A DNA stretch of 64,000 nt from a virus. A program made the translations under genes and the position numbers. The stretch spans positions 32,001 through 96,000 of IMG/VR virus record IMGVR_UViG_3300028115_000004. One strand, written 5' to 3'. Positions 37,216-47,043 of the stretch are shown here, in pieces; the stretch's first letter is position 1, and the number at the start of each line of letters is the position of its first letter. The notes beneath the pieces were generated by a model. That model was not told the DNA's origin. It saw nothing but the letters and a program-made list of their open reading frames with translations, and ran no database searches.

Positions 37216-38193
37216 ATGTCACATGAAGTTGAAACTATGGCCTACGCTGGTGCACTCCCTTGGCACGGTCTAGGTGTTGCGGTATCTAACGATCTGACTC
37301 CCCGTCAGATGATGCAGAAAGCTGGTCTTGATTGGACAGTCGAGAAGGTTCCTACCTACGCACGTATCTATTCTGAGTTCGAAGGTGGAAGTCCTCTTGA
37401 AATCCCAACGGGTGTTGAAGCCCTTGTCCGTTCTTCGGACAACAAGGTTCTGACTCAGGTCGGTTCTGGTTGGAACCCTGTACAGAACGAGGAAGCGTTT
37501 GACTTCTTCGCAGAGTACTGTGCTGCGGGTGACATGGAAATGCACACCGCTGGTTCTCTGAAAGGTGGTCAGATGGTCTGGGCACTCGCCAAGATCAAGG
37601 AGTCTTTCGATATCCTTGGTGGTGACCAAGTTGACTCTTACCTTCTGTTCTCTAACCCTCACCAGTACGGTAAGTCGATTGACGTTCGGTTCACTCCGAT
37701 CCGTGTTGTGTGTAACAATACTCTGACACTCTCTTTGGGTCAACAGGTTGCCAACTCTTGCAAACTGAACCACCGTTCAGAGTTCAACCCTGAGAAGGTG
37801 AAGGAAGCCCTTGGTATCGCACACGAGAAGTTTGCGAAGTACAAGGAGATGGCAGAGTTCCTGTCAACCAAGCGGTTCGACATGGAGTCTCTCATTCAGT
37901 ACTACAACGAGGTGTTCCCACGTACCTATCAAGGTAAGAACCCTCCCGTAGTCAAGGAGTTCAAGGACTTGACCACCAATGGTCAGAAAGCGTTCGAACT
38001 TCTTGAGACGCAACCTGGCGCTGAGTTTGGGGAAGGTTCATGGTGGCAGGCACTCAACTCAGTGACCTACCTGACCGATCACAAGATGGGTCGAAGTGCG
38101 GATACCCGCCTCGCCTCTGCGTGGTTCGGATCGAACCAAACCCGCAAAGAACGTGCGGTTAACAAGGCAGTCGAGTTCGCAACGGCTGCCTAA
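37216..38193 (+). CDS. DUF932/DUF945 phage/plasmid-like protein (TIGR03299-like)
   Basis: MAY....PWHGLG, AGLDWTV, PVQN.EAF.FF, TAGSLKGG, TPIRVVCNNTL. Confidence 0.85.
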   Translation: MSHEVETMAYAGALPWHGLGVAVSNDLTPRQMMQKAGLDWTVEKVPTYARIYSEFEGGSPLEIPTGVEALVRSSDNKVLTQVGSGWNPVQNEEAFDFFAEYCAAGDMEMHTAGSLKGGQMVWALAKIKESFDILGGDQVDSYLLFSNPHQYGKSIDVRFTPIRVVCNNTLTLSLGQQVANSCKLNHRSEFNPEKVKEALGIAHEKFAKYKEMAEFLSTKRFDMESLIQYYNEVFPRTYQGKNPPVVKEFKDLTTNGQKAFELLETQPGAEFGEGSWWQALNSVTYLTDHKMGRSADTRLASAWFGSNQTRKERAVNKAVEFATAA

Positions 38194-38200
38194 CATAGAA

Positions 38201-38228
38201 CGGGGGGTTATAAGACCCCCCCTTTTTA
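38201..38228 (+). terminator. intrinsic terminator
   Basis: GGGGGGTT-ATAA-GACCCCCC followed by CTTTTT. Confidence 0.75.
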
Positions 38229-38272
38229 TGAAAAAATATTCTAAGAAATTTCACTTTTTTTCGCTTTTCCGC

Positions 38273-38313
38273 TTGCAATCAAAGCAAGAATATGGGATAA
38301 TTACCCTGTAATT
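38273..38313 (+). promoter_or_regulatory. early promoter with AATTAC-CCT-GTAATT palindrome
   Basis: TTGCAA-N17-GATAAT plus palindrome 38299-38313. Confidence 0.75.
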
Positions 38314-38331
38314 GAGAGAGAGGTGTTTATT

Positions 38332-38589
38332 ATGATTACTAACTTTATTGCTCTGCGTTCTAACCCCGTCCTCGTTGAGTTCCGTGACTATGTTCACTCT
38401 TTCTACGGTAAGGGTGGAATCTATGACCTCGGTTGCAGTATCCCCGAAATCGAAGTTGCGATCATGGACTACATCAAGATCGTGAGTGACCCCGATAGGT
38501 TCGAAGAGTGGGGTGACGGTGACTCTCTTGACCGTGAACGTGTTCGGGAGATTCTTGAGAATGATTACGGCTTTGAGGAGATTGCATGA
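38332..38589 (+). CDS. early hypothetical protein
   Basis: F.DYV.SFYG..GIY...GDSLDRERVR. Confidence 0.65.
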   Translation: MITNFIALRSNPVLVEFRDYVHSFYGKGGIYDLGCSIPEIEVAIMDYIKIVSDPDRFEEWGDGDSLDRERVREILENDYGFEEIA

Positions 38590-39179
38590 GAAAATACCAC
38601 TACGAATACCAAACCTATCTGTTGAAACACACTCGTAAACAGAACAAGGGTGCGGGTTATACTCAAGACTCTGAACGTCTCAAGACCTACCGTGCTGAGT
38701 GGGCGTTCCAGAGTCGTGTGAAACTTCCGCAGTTCAAGGACATCAAGGAAGCGCAGAAGTTCGCCAAGAAGGTTTACAAGTCCAAGACTTGGCAGAAACT
38801 CTGGAAACAGAGTATTGAAGGTGACGTGACTCGACTCTTCGCCTCTAACCCGAAGGTGGTTCAGAAGGAACGGTCTTCTGGTCGGGGTACTTCTGGTTTT
38901 ACTAACGGTTATACCGTGACCCTAGATAGTATCGCTGGTTTCGATGCGTACACGTTGATCCACGAACTGACTCACTGTTTGGGTCACATGCATCATGGTC
39001 GATCTTTCCGAAAGACTCTGTTGTCAATGGTTGGAGTCTTCCTTGGTGCGGAACACAAGAAGATTCTGAAAGAAGAATTAAAGAATCGTAAGTTAGCGTT
39101 CGGTGAGGCACGTAAACCTATGAGTTACGAACAGTGGGTGGCTGCGAGAGAACGTATGGAGAAAATGCGTAATGGTTGA
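38586..39179 (+). CDS. zincin-like metallopeptidase domain protein
   Basis: LIHELTH...HHGRSF. Confidence 0.7.
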   Translation: MRKYHYEYQTYLLKHTRKQNKGAGYTQDSERLKTYRAEWAFQSRVKLPQFKDIKEAQKFAKKVYKSKTWQKLWKQSIEGDVTRLFASNPKVVQKERSSGRGTSGFTNGYTVTLDSIAGFDAYTLIHELTHCLGHMHHGRSFRKTLLSMVGVFLGAEHKKILKEELKNRKLAFGEARKPMSYEQWVAARERMEKMRNG

Positions 39180-39471
39180 TGGAAAAGGTGATCCGATGGT
39201 TCGTGCAGAAGGCCGAACCAAACCAGATCGAAAGTGGTATCCTGAAGATTTCGATTGGTATCTGAAGTGGATGGCGACTGTCGCTATCCTTACTTCGGTA
39301 CTGTTCCGTAATGCTGGGCCTAATTATCGTGAATATGATCTTGCCATAGGTACTGTAGGTACGATACTATGGTTGTGGGTGTCGATCATCTGGCGTGATC
39401 GTGCTCTTATTTTGTTGAATGGTGCAATGACAATCCTGTTGGGCACTGCATTCATTCGGGAGTTTTTATGA
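39172..39471 (+). CDS. three-TM membrane protein
   Basis: WYLKW.AT, W.DRALILLN. Confidence 0.65.
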   Translation: MVDGKGDPMVRAEGRTKPDRKWYPEDFDWYLKWMATVAILTSVLFRNAGPNYREYDLAIGTVGTILWLWVSIIWRDRALILLNGAMTILLGTAFIREFL

Positions 39472-40148
39472 AAGTTTTTGAACATGTAGACGTTGAACTA
39501 AAAGAGATGGTTGCAGAGACAACCGAATCTGGTCGGATCTACAAAACACCGGAGGGTATCGGTTTACCCTCCATCACAACCGTACTCAGTATACTATCAC
39601 GTGACAGTATTGCGAAGTGGCGATCACGTGTGGGAGAAGCTGAAGCGAATAAAATCTCTCATCGTGCATCTACTCGTGGTACACGTGTTCACGAAATCTG
39701 TGAAAAGTATGTGGACAATGACCCCGATTATAAAGAAGGTTACACACCCGATATCATTGAGTCATTCATGCAGTTACAACCTATCTTGGATGAACGTCTG
39801 ACTAAGGTCTATGCACAAGAAGCGCCTCTCTACTCCACCCATCTTGGGGTGGCAGGTCGTGTTGACTGTGTTGGTATCTTTGATGGTAAACTATCCATCA
39901 TCGACTACAAGACCTCTATGAAACCCAAACGACTTGATTGGATTAAGAACTACTTCATGCAAGAGTCTGCCTACGCAATCATGTGGGAAGAACGTACAGG
40001 TATGCCTATCACACAGTTGGTGACTATCATCTCTGTGGATAATGCAGAACCCCAAGTGTTTATCGAACACCGTGACAATTGGGTGCGTCCTTTGCGTGAT
40101 ACAATTGCACAGTATAATGAGGAAAATTCGACTATCCAATTCTTATAA
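39468..40148 (+). CDS. PD-(D/E)XK exonuclease (Cas4/RecB-like phage exonuclease)
   Basis: PSITTVL, RGT.VH, AGRVDC, IIDYKTS, YFMQ..AYA. Confidence 0.85.
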   Translation: MKVFEHVDVELKEMVAETTESGRIYKTPEGIGLPSITTVLSILSRDSIAKWRSRVGEAEANKISHRASTRGTRVHEICEKYVDNDPDYKEGYTPDIIESFMQLQPILDERLTKVYAQEAPLYSTHLGVAGRVDCVGIFDGKLSIIDYKTSMKPKRLDWIKNYFMQESAYAIMWEERTGMPITQLVTIISVDNAEPQVFIEHRDNWVRPLRDTIAQYNEENSTIQFL

Positions 40149-40151
40149 ATA
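40144..40151 (+). promoter_or_regulatory. late promoter
   Basis: TATAAATA. Confidence 0.7.
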
Positions 40152-40189
40152 GTGTTATAATTTAATTTTCAACACTAATGGGTAATCGA

Positions 40190-41491
40190 ATGTTAAAGTT
40201 TTCAACCTTCCTGTCAGAGTCATCTCTCACTTTCGGTGAGATCACTCGTGATGACAGGGCGTTTCGTTTGGACTTGTTCCTGCGTAAGTACAAGGGCAAT
40301 GAACCGTTTGATCTGACAGACGGTAGTCAGGTTGTCCTGAAGTACAACGCAGAGATTGAGAAGTCACTCAAGGCCAAAGACGCCAAGACTGCGAACTCTA
40401 TTGGTTTGGAAACAAATGCGGGTGAGAAGATCGCCTTCGGTAAACTGGCCAAGTCTGCAGAGTTTGGTGGTGGACGTGGTTCGGGTGGCGGATCAGACAA
40501 TACCCGTGCAACCGAATCCGCTCAGTGTGTCTACCTACAGTGTATCTGGGATGACCCCCAAACCAAATTCACTCCCGATGATATTCGCAACGCATACAAA
40601 AAGACTCACGTTGATGCCTCTATGGATGAGGTTCTACTTGGGGATGAGACTTGGATTTCCACATCTATTGACGCTGCACGTCTTATCCACAAGGTACTGA
40701 AGAGAAAGAAATACAGTTTCCATCGTGGGTCGAGTTGGGTCGATGCACTTGAGTCCAAGTTCAAAGAGGTCAATAAGAATGATGGTCGTCCTTTCGCAAA
40801 CGTCAACAAGTGGACTCCTGCAGACATCTGGATGGTTGCAGAAGGGGCGGAAGGTAGATATGATATTCAGGGTGCGGAGTCCATCCAGTACCTCAATAAC
40901 GAATTGATGAAAGCCTATGCAGAGAGGGACATTATCGGTGTCTCTCTAAAACAAACTGGCAAGAAACCAAGACTGGTTCAGGTCAACTACAAGGCTCCTT
41001 TCAAAGCTCCCAAGTTCACAAGAGTAACCTACGGTAAACGTGACTTCTTTAAATCGAAGGACGGTTATCTCTTTGGTGCGGGTGGTGTTGAAATGCAATT
41101 CCGTACCTATCCCACATTCCAGACTGAGGTAATTGGTAAGAACGCAAAACACGGTAAGGTCTCGCATGGTGGTATCGACGCTGCACTCTATGCGACAACT
41201 CGTGATAAGACCGAGAACCGTAAACAACTAGAAGCCTATATCAAGAAAGACCGTGAGGGATTCCTTGACAAGTTCTATGGATTCTATACCTCTGCGGTAC
41301 AAAATCCGGTAGACCGCCAGAAGTTCGGTGAAGAACTGGCGAGTAAGAATGTAGAGTGGTTGGTATCGAAATATTATGTCACATCTATTTTTGTGATGAT
41401 CAGGGGACGTGAACAGGACTTCATGAGTTATCTGTATCGTGTCGCAAAGTCAGAATCACCGCTCTCTGCGGTTCACTTAAAGGTAATGTAA
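40190..41491 (+). CDS. PD-(D/E)XK-like nuclease with capsid-targeting-like N-terminus
   Basis: MLKFSTFLSE; KS.EFGG; T..TES; KWTPADIW; IGVSLKQ. Confidence 0.55.
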   Translation: MLKFSTFLSESSLTFGEITRDDRAFRLDLFLRKYKGNEPFDLTDGSQVVLKYNAEIEKSLKAKDAKTANSIGLETNAGEKIAFGKLAKSAEFGGGRGSGGGSDNTRATESAQCVYLQCIWDDPQTKFTPDDIRNAYKKTHVDASMDEVLLGDETWISTSIDAARLIHKVLKRKKYSFHRGSSWVDALESKFKEVNKNDGRPFANVNKWTPADIWMVAEGAEGRYDIQGAESIQYLNNELMKAYAERDIIGVSLKQTGKKPRLVQVNYKAPFKAPKFTRVTYGKRDFFKSKDGYLFGAGGVEMQFRTYPTFQTEVIGKNAKHGKVSHGGIDAALYATTRDKTENRKQLEAYIKKDREGFLDKFYGFYTSAVQNPVDRQKFGEELASKNVEWLVSKYYVTSIFVMIRGREQDFMSYLYRVAKSESPLSAVHLKVM

Positions 41492-41492
41492 C

Positions 41493-42212
41493 ATGGCTAT
41501 ATCTCATTATATGGAGGGAGACCTCTCACTCAATATTGCACGTGGTATTGTTCTCAATGCAAGCGCAGAACATAAATTTGGGGCGGTTCCCGCAATGTCA
41601 ACCGGAGAAACCGGAACGATATGGGATATCAATGACACCCCATATCCTTGGACTGCATTTGATACTGCCGGAGTGTTAACCATTCCTCCAGTAAATGTTG
41701 CTGATAATGGCGGAACCGTAACCGTATTTGGTTTAGACGCAAATTACGAACCACAGACCGAATCTTTTGTTGTGTCAAATACACTAACAACTACCGGAAC
41801 CAAAACCTTTAAACGAGTACATCGTGCATACTATACTGATGGTATCACTAATGTCGGTGCTATTGACATTCAACGTGGCGGTACAACTGTTGCAAGAATT
41901 TCAGTTGGTAAAGCTCAAACTCTTATGGCAGTCTATACAGTACCCTATGGATATACAGCATACTTGTCTACAGGTACCATGTCTATCGAGAAAGGTGGTG
42001 ATGCGAGTGGTAACTTTTTTGTTCGGTATTTCGGTCAATCATCCTTTCGAATAGCACATTCATTCGAAGTTGGAGATGGTTCACAATACAAGTATAATTT
42101 CGCAGTACCTTTGGCACTTCCTGCGAAAACTGACATCGATGTAAGGTGTACTATGAAGACTAACAATTCTCGTGCTTCTGCTGCGTTCGACATGATTCTA
42201 ATTAAGGATTAA
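41493..42212 (+). CDS. beta-rich putative virion structural protein
   Basis: Thr/Gly-rich; HKFG, QTLMAVYTVP, P.KTDIDVR. Confidence 0.55.
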   Translation: MAISHYMEGDLSLNIARGIVLNASAEHKFGAVPAMSTGETGTIWDINDTPYPWTAFDTAGVLTIPPVNVADNGGTVTVFGLDANYEPQTESFVVSNTLTTTGTKTFKRVHRAYYTDGITNVGAIDIQRGGTTVARISVGKAQTLMAVYTVPYGYTAYLSTGTMSIEKGGDASGNFFVRYFGQSSFRIAHSFEVGDGSQYKYNFAVPLALPAKTDIDVRCTMKTNNSRASAAFDMILIKD

Positions 42213-42219
42213 TTCTATT

Positions 42220-43440
42220 ATGAATTTTTTAGAGTTTATCACAGAACAGAAAAATACTCACATGACCCATATTGAGGACAAGGTTCTCTATGGGGGTGTC
42301 AAGGGTACACGAGAAGCAATCTTTGCCTTGCGTGAGTTACGTGACATGTTGTCAGGTAAACACGAGGGGAAAGTTTCTGTTAAGTGGGACGGTGCGCCTG
42401 CAATCTTCTGTGGTCAAGACCCCCGAGACGGTAAGTTCTTTGTCGCCAAGAAAGGTATCTTTGCGAAGAGTCCCAAGGTCTACAAGACAGATGCAGAGAT
42501 CGATGCGGACATGTCAGGTGACCTCGCAGACAAGATGAAGGCTGCATTGCAATACTTACCCGCATTGGGAATCAAGGGTGTCATTCAGGGAGACTTCCTG
42601 TTTGGGCCTGGCGATCTACAGAGAAAGAAAATAGACGGAGAGTCCTATGTTACGTTTCATCCTAATACTATTGTATATGCTGTTCCCGTTAAAATGGCTT
42701 CTGATATTCTGAAAGCGAAGATCGGTATTGTATGGCACACCACCTACACGGGTAATGACTTCGAATCCATGAAGGCATCCTATGGTGTGAACGTGTCCAA
42801 GTTCAAGAAGTCTACTGCAGTCTGGTCTCAGGATGCGATGTTACGAGACGTTACCAAGGCAACCATGTCTGCGAGTGACACCGAAGAAGTTAATGGATAC
42901 CTAAGTACTGCAGGCAAATTGTTCAATAAGATTGCCGGATCGACCCTTCGTGAGTTAGAATCAAAACAACACATTGCACAACTGATCGAACAGTACAACA
43001 ACACTTTTGTGCGGCAAAATCAAGTGATTGGCGACACTAATCTGCACGTAAGAGGGTTGATCAAGTGGATCAACGATAAGTTCCAGAAAGAGGCTGACAA
43101 ACGTTCTACTGAAAAGGGTAAGGCAACACAGTATACAAAACGAGACGAAATCCTAGAATTCTTCTCACCCAAGAACCGTAAGTCTCTGGTTAATATGTTT
43201 GATTTGCAAAAAAGTATCGTACTTGCGAAGTTAAAACTTATAAATAAACTTGATAGTTTAAAGAAGATTGATACTTTTGTTAAGACCAAACAGGGGTATA
43301 AAGTAACCGGAGAAGAAGGTTACGTTGCAATCGATAAACTTGGTGGTGATGCGGTGAAACTTGTTGATCGTATGGAATTCTCATACAACAACTTTTCACC
43401 AGATATACTTAAGGGATGGGATAAACCAACGAGAAACTAG
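42220..43440 (+). CDS. ligase-fold nucleotidyltransferase (DUF6267-like)
   Basis: Motif I KWDG, III QGD, IV EGYV, V KLV; N-terminus MNFLEFITE. Confidence 0.65.
   Translation: MNFLEFITEQKNTHMTHIEDKVLYGGVKGTREAIFALRELRDMLSGKHEGKVSVKWDGAPAIFCGQDPRDGKFFVAKKGIFAKSPKVYKTDAEIDADMSGDLADKMKAALQYLPALGIKGVIQGDFLFGPGDLQRKKIDGESYVTFHPNTIVYAVPVKMASDILKAKIGIVWHTTYTGNDFESMKASYGVNVSKFKKSTAVWSQDAMLRDVTKATMSASDTEEVNGYLSTAGKLFNKIAGSTLRELESKQHIAQLIEQYNNTFVRQNQVIGDTNLHVRGLIKWINDKFQKEADKRSTEKGKATQYTKRDEILEFFSPKNRKSLVNMFDLQKSIVLAKLKLINKLDSLKKIDTFVKTKQGYKVTGEEGYVAIDKLGGDAVKLVDRMEFSYNNFSPDILKGWDKPTRN
43240..43247 (+). promoter_or_regulatory. internal late promoter
   Basis: TATAAATA near the end of the 42220 gene (coordinates approximate). 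Confidence 0.45.
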
Positions 43441-43441
43441 A

Positions 43442-43891
43442 ATGTCTAAACCGTTACGATTTAAAGATTTTGTAAGCGTAGATTACACTCAGTCGGGTGA
43501 TGATCAACTTGCAAATCAATCAAAGAAAAGAAAAGAACACATCCCCACAGGTAACACTGGCGAGGCGTTAGACTTTACTGCTCGTCGGAAACTTGCTCGT
43601 TCCATGAAAAAGAATAAAGCAAAGATTGCGATTGGTCGTAAGAGGGCCGCACGTAAGTTTGCAGACATGGACAAACTCAAGAAACGTGCACAGAAACAGG
43701 CACGTATGACATTCTTTAAGAAAATCACCAAAGGCATGTCCAAGGACGAACTCTCCTTCGCACGTAGACAGGATATTGAGAAACGTCTAGATAAGATGAA
43801 ACCTAAGATTGATAAACTAGCTCGCAAACTTCTTCCTAAAGTTCGCCAGCAAGAAAAAGACCGTAAGCGTGGCGGAAACGATGATGATTAA
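43442..43891 (+). CDS. highly basic protein, putative internal head protein
   Basis: LRFKDF N-terminus; EALDFTARRK.AR; Lys/Arg-rich. Confidence 0.6.
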   Translation: MSKPLRFKDFVSVDYTQSGDDQLANQSKKRKEHIPTGNTGEALDFTARRKLARSMKKNKAKIAIGRKRAARKFADMDKLKKRAQKQARMTFFKKITKGMSKDELSFARRQDIEKRLDKMKPKIDKLARKLLPKVRQQEKDRKRGGNDDD

Positions 43892-45347
43892 GAATTTTTC
43901 ACAATACCTGATCGAAGAAGAAAGAGAAGTTTATTTTACCTTTGGTAGAATGAACCCACCTACTATTGGTCACGGTAAAGTGATGGACACCCTTTCAACC
44001 AAGTCTGGAAAAGCAGACTATAAGGTGTATGTGTCCCAACAGAGTAATCCGAAGAAAGACCCTCTCTCGTATTCAGACAAAGTAAAACACATTCGTAAGA
44101 TGTTTCCAAAACATGCACGTAATGTGATGATCGACAAGAACATCAAGAACGTCTTCGATGTCGCTTCCCGTCTGTACGATCAGGGTTACAAGAGAATCAC
44201 GATGGTGGTTGGAGAAGACCGCATTCGTGAGTTTGACGTGTTGTTGAACAAGTACAACGGTGTCAAGGCTCGTCACGGATTCTACAACTTTGAGAACATT
44301 AATGTAGTCTCTGCTGGTAAACGTGATCCCGATGCAGAGGGTGTTGAAGGTATGTCCGCATCGAAGCAACGTGAGAATGCGAAGAACAATGACTTCGTTA
44401 CGTTCGCTCAGGGTGTACCCAAAACAATGTCTGACAAGGATGCACGTAAACTCTTTAACGATGTGCGTAAGGGAATGGGTCTCAAAGAAGAGCGTTCTTT
44501 CAAGAACCACATCGAACTTATGCCTGTTTCTGAAACAAGAGAACAGTACGTACAAGGGGAACTGTATGGGCTCGGTGATACAGTCGTTATCAAAGAGACT
44601 GAAGAAGTGGGTACAGTCTCGTTGCTCGGGGCAAATTACGTTATCGTCGAACGCTCAGATGGCACTCGACTACGCAAATGGCTCGATGCAATCGAACTCG
44701 TTGAAAGACAAGACCCCGACATCAAAGACAGAGAGGGAACCCAACCCGCACGATACCACTCTGGACTGAAGAAGTCCACCAAGGTTTCACGAGACGCTCA
44801 CTTCAAGAAGCACGGTAAGAAGGCAGACGATGATGACTCTGCATACAAACCTGCGCCTGGCGATAAGACTGCAAAGACTAAACCTTCCAAGTACACCAAA
44901 CAGTTCAAGGACATGTTTGATGAAAACGTAACCAAACAGGTAAAGGAAGAAATGGAGATTACCTTTGAAGGTATCTTTGCTCGTTCGGATGGTAGTCCGG
45001 AAACCACCGCTCAAATGATTTCACGTTGGGCATCCAGAACCACCAAGAAAAAACAGTACGATCAGGTTGCAAAATACATCCGTAAAGAGATGGAGAAGGA
45101 TAAGGGTAAAAAGCATAGTGCAGAATATCATGCAGCTGAGGCTATTCGCAAATTTAACCTCAAGGGGTTTGATGACAGGGCACTTGCTCAGATCGTGAGA
45201 AACGAACAGACCGAAGAGACTGATCCTGTCAAGTCTGCACAGGATTCTATCGCTCGTGAGAAAGAACAAGACAAAAAGAAACATGACAAGATTCTTGACC
45301 GTGCAAGACTTGCACGTGCAAAACAAAAGAATAGGGAAACGAAATGA
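43881..45347 (+). CDS. HIGH-superfamily nucleotidyltransferase (cytidyltransferase-like) with C-terminal modules
   Basis: FTFGRMNPPTIGH, VVGEDR, SAG.RDPD, GMSASK; N-terminus IKNFSQYLIEE. Confidence 0.8.
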   Translation: MMIKNFSQYLIEEEREVYFTFGRMNPPTIGHGKVMDTLSTKSGKADYKVYVSQQSNPKKDPLSYSDKVKHIRKMFPKHARNVMIDKNIKNVFDVASRLYDQGYKRITMVVGEDRIREFDVLLNKYNGVKARHGFYNFENINVVSAGKRDPDAEGVEGMSASKQRENAKNNDFVTFAQGVPKTMSDKDARKLFNDVRKGMGLKEERSFKNHIELMPVSETREQYVQGELYGLGDTVVIKETEEVGTVSLLGANYVIVERSDGTRLRKWLDAIELVERQDPDIKDREGTQPARYHSGLKKSTKVSRDAHFKKHGKKADDDDSAYKPAPGDKTAKTKPSKYTKQFKDMFDENVTKQVKEEMEITFEGIFARSDGSPETTAQMISRWASRTTKKKQYDQVAKYIRKEMEKDKGKKHSAEYHAAEAIRKFNLKGFDDRALAQIVRNEQTEETDPVKSAQDSIAREKEQDKKKHDKILDRARLARAKQKNRETK

Positions 45348-45592
45348 AGCGTTATGCACTCTGGGATAATCTGGGAAACCTAGAAGAGGGGCCTGATGGA
45401 CTCGCTGCAAAAGCGAAGAAGTCGGGTATCTCCGTTGATACCTTGAAGAAGGTATACAACCGTGGGGTTGCCGCATGGAAGACCGGACATAGACCAGGCA
45501 CTACTCCCCAACAGTGGGGTATGGCAAGAGTGAATGCGTTCATCGTTAAAAAGAAGAAAGGCAACCTTAACCACGACAAGGATCTTGCATAA
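45344..45592 (+). CDS. DUF5824-like small basic protein
   Basis: KAKKSG.S...LKKVYNRGVAAW.TGHRPG.TPQQW..ARVN.F. Confidence 0.6.
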   Translation: MKRYALWDNLGNLEEGPDGLAAKAKKSGISVDTLKKVYNRGVAAWKTGHRPGTTPQQWGMARVNAFIVKKKKGNLNHDKDLA

Positions 45593-46534
45593 ATGAAAAC
45601 GTTAAAAGAATTACGTGAGAAGTCAGTCTCACAAGCCCAACAAAAGATGATGGGTATGGCACTCGCATACAAGCGTGGTGAGATGGACGATGCGTCACCC
45701 GAAGTCAAGAAGATGGCAAACTCTATGTCTACGAAAGACCTAGAAGACTTCGCAAAGACCAAACACAAAGGTCTACCTGCGAAGAGAGTTGCAGAGGGTT
45801 TCACTCCTAAAGAAATCAAGATGGCAATCGGTGTTGCATCTGATAAACGATATGCGGATGGTAACTACACTGGTGCGGTCAAGGCTATCGAAAAGATCAA
45901 GAAGGGTCTATCTAAACATAGTCAAGTAGCGGCAGTTCTCAAGAGACAGAACGAGTCAACAGAACTTGTTTCTGAAGCAATTGATTTCTTCAAGGTCGCA
46001 AAAGCATTCGATGACTATGCGAAGAAGCATGGTGGTATCGATAAGTCATCCTTCATGAAGGTCGGTCAGTTTGTTCGTCAACTTGGTAAAGAGTCAGACG
46101 TAAACAAGCAGGACAAGACTTTCATGGCGATGAAGAAGTTTATTGGTGCAATGGACACTGACCCCCGTGATGGTGTGATCCAAATCCTCCAGAAGCATGG
46201 TATGTGGAAGAATGGTCGAATCATGCGTGAGTATCACGCTCAGAAGGAAGGAGTTGATTTCTTCGCACTGAGAGAAAAGAAAGACTCGTACCCTCTCTAC
46301 CACAAGACTTATTCAGGTGCAATGGCTGCCGCATATGAGTATGCGAAGAAGAAGGGTTACGAAGTAGACCCCGACGATATTGATCGTAAGGTTGCAACTG
46401 GCCCTCGCAAACCGTCCAACGGTAAGACCAACAGTTTCACTCTCAAGTTAAAGGATGAGAATCGTAAGATGCTAGCAGTACAGGTGACCAATCTGGACAA
46501 CAAGCGTTACGAACTCAATACCTATATCACATGA
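45593..46534 (+). CDS. multi-module putative internal protein with DUF3008-like N-terminal module
   Basis: MKTLKELRE; S.SQAQQK.MG.AL..KRG...SMS.KDLEDFA.TKHKGLP. Confidence 0.6.
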   Translation: MKTLKELREKSVSQAQQKMMGMALAYKRGEMDDASPEVKKMANSMSTKDLEDFAKTKHKGLPAKRVAEGFTPKEIKMAIGVASDKRYADGNYTGAVKAIEKIKKGLSKHSQVAAVLKRQNESTELVSEAIDFFKVAKAFDDYAKKHGGIDKSSFMKVGQFVRQLGKESDVNKQDKTFMAMKKFIGAMDTDPRDGVIQILQKHGMWKNGRIMREYHAQKEGVDFFALREKKDSYPLYHKTYSGAMAAAYEYAKKKGYEVDPDDIDRKVATGPRKPSNGKTNSFTLKLKDENRKMLAVQVTNLDNKRYELNTYIT

Positions 46535-47043
46535 AATCATTTCAAGAACATTGCGACTGCGGAACAGAATCCAGACTCGTAGAGAACAATCCCTACCGTG
46601 TTGGTAGTGAGAAGTACTATGAGTACTGGAAAGATGTGCGTGAGCAGTATTACAACGGTGAACTGGAGATTGACACCCATGAGTTAGATATCATGGAGTC
46701 TGATCTGGGAACCTTTGCTCACGTCGATGGTCAAAATGTTGCCTTGGATTGCATTTTCGAAGAAGAGAAACAACCGGAACTGAACAAACCCAAAGCGGGT
46801 GGCCCGAAGAAGTACTACGTGTACGTCAAAGACCCCTCGACTGGTAACATCAAGAAAGTCTCGTGGGGAGATACCACAGGACTAAAGGTTAAGTTGAACG
46901 ACCCTGCAGCTCGTAAGAGTTTTGCGGCAAGACATAAGTGTGCACAACAAAACGATAAGACAACTGCTGCATACTGGGCGTGTAGATTGCCTAGATACGC
47001 AAAACAATTAGGACTGAGTGGTGGCGGATCGTTCTTCTGGTAA
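46531..47043 (+). CDS. DUF6321-like protein
   Basis: MKSFQEH; LNKP...GPKKYYVYV......KVSWGD, RKSFAARH.C, YWAC. Confidence 0.6.
   Translation: MKSFQEHCDCGTESRLVENNPYRVGSEKYYEYWKDVREQYYNGELEIDTHELDIMESDLGTFAHVDGQNVALDCIFEEEKQPELNKPKAGGPKKYYVYVKDPSTGNIKKVSWGDTTGLKVKLNDPAARKSFAARHKCAQQNDKTTAAYWACRLPRYAKQLGLSGGGSFFW

Noticed and set aside
39468-40148. Cas4-like nuclease as a sign of CRISPR
   Set aside because: No repeat-spacer array or other cas genes seen; this is a standard T4-like exonuclease without the Fe-S cysteines.
43881-45347. Complete NAD-reconstitution pathway (NARP1/NARP2)
   Set aside because: No NAMPT or PRPP-synthetase-like partner is visible; NMNAT activity is unproven.
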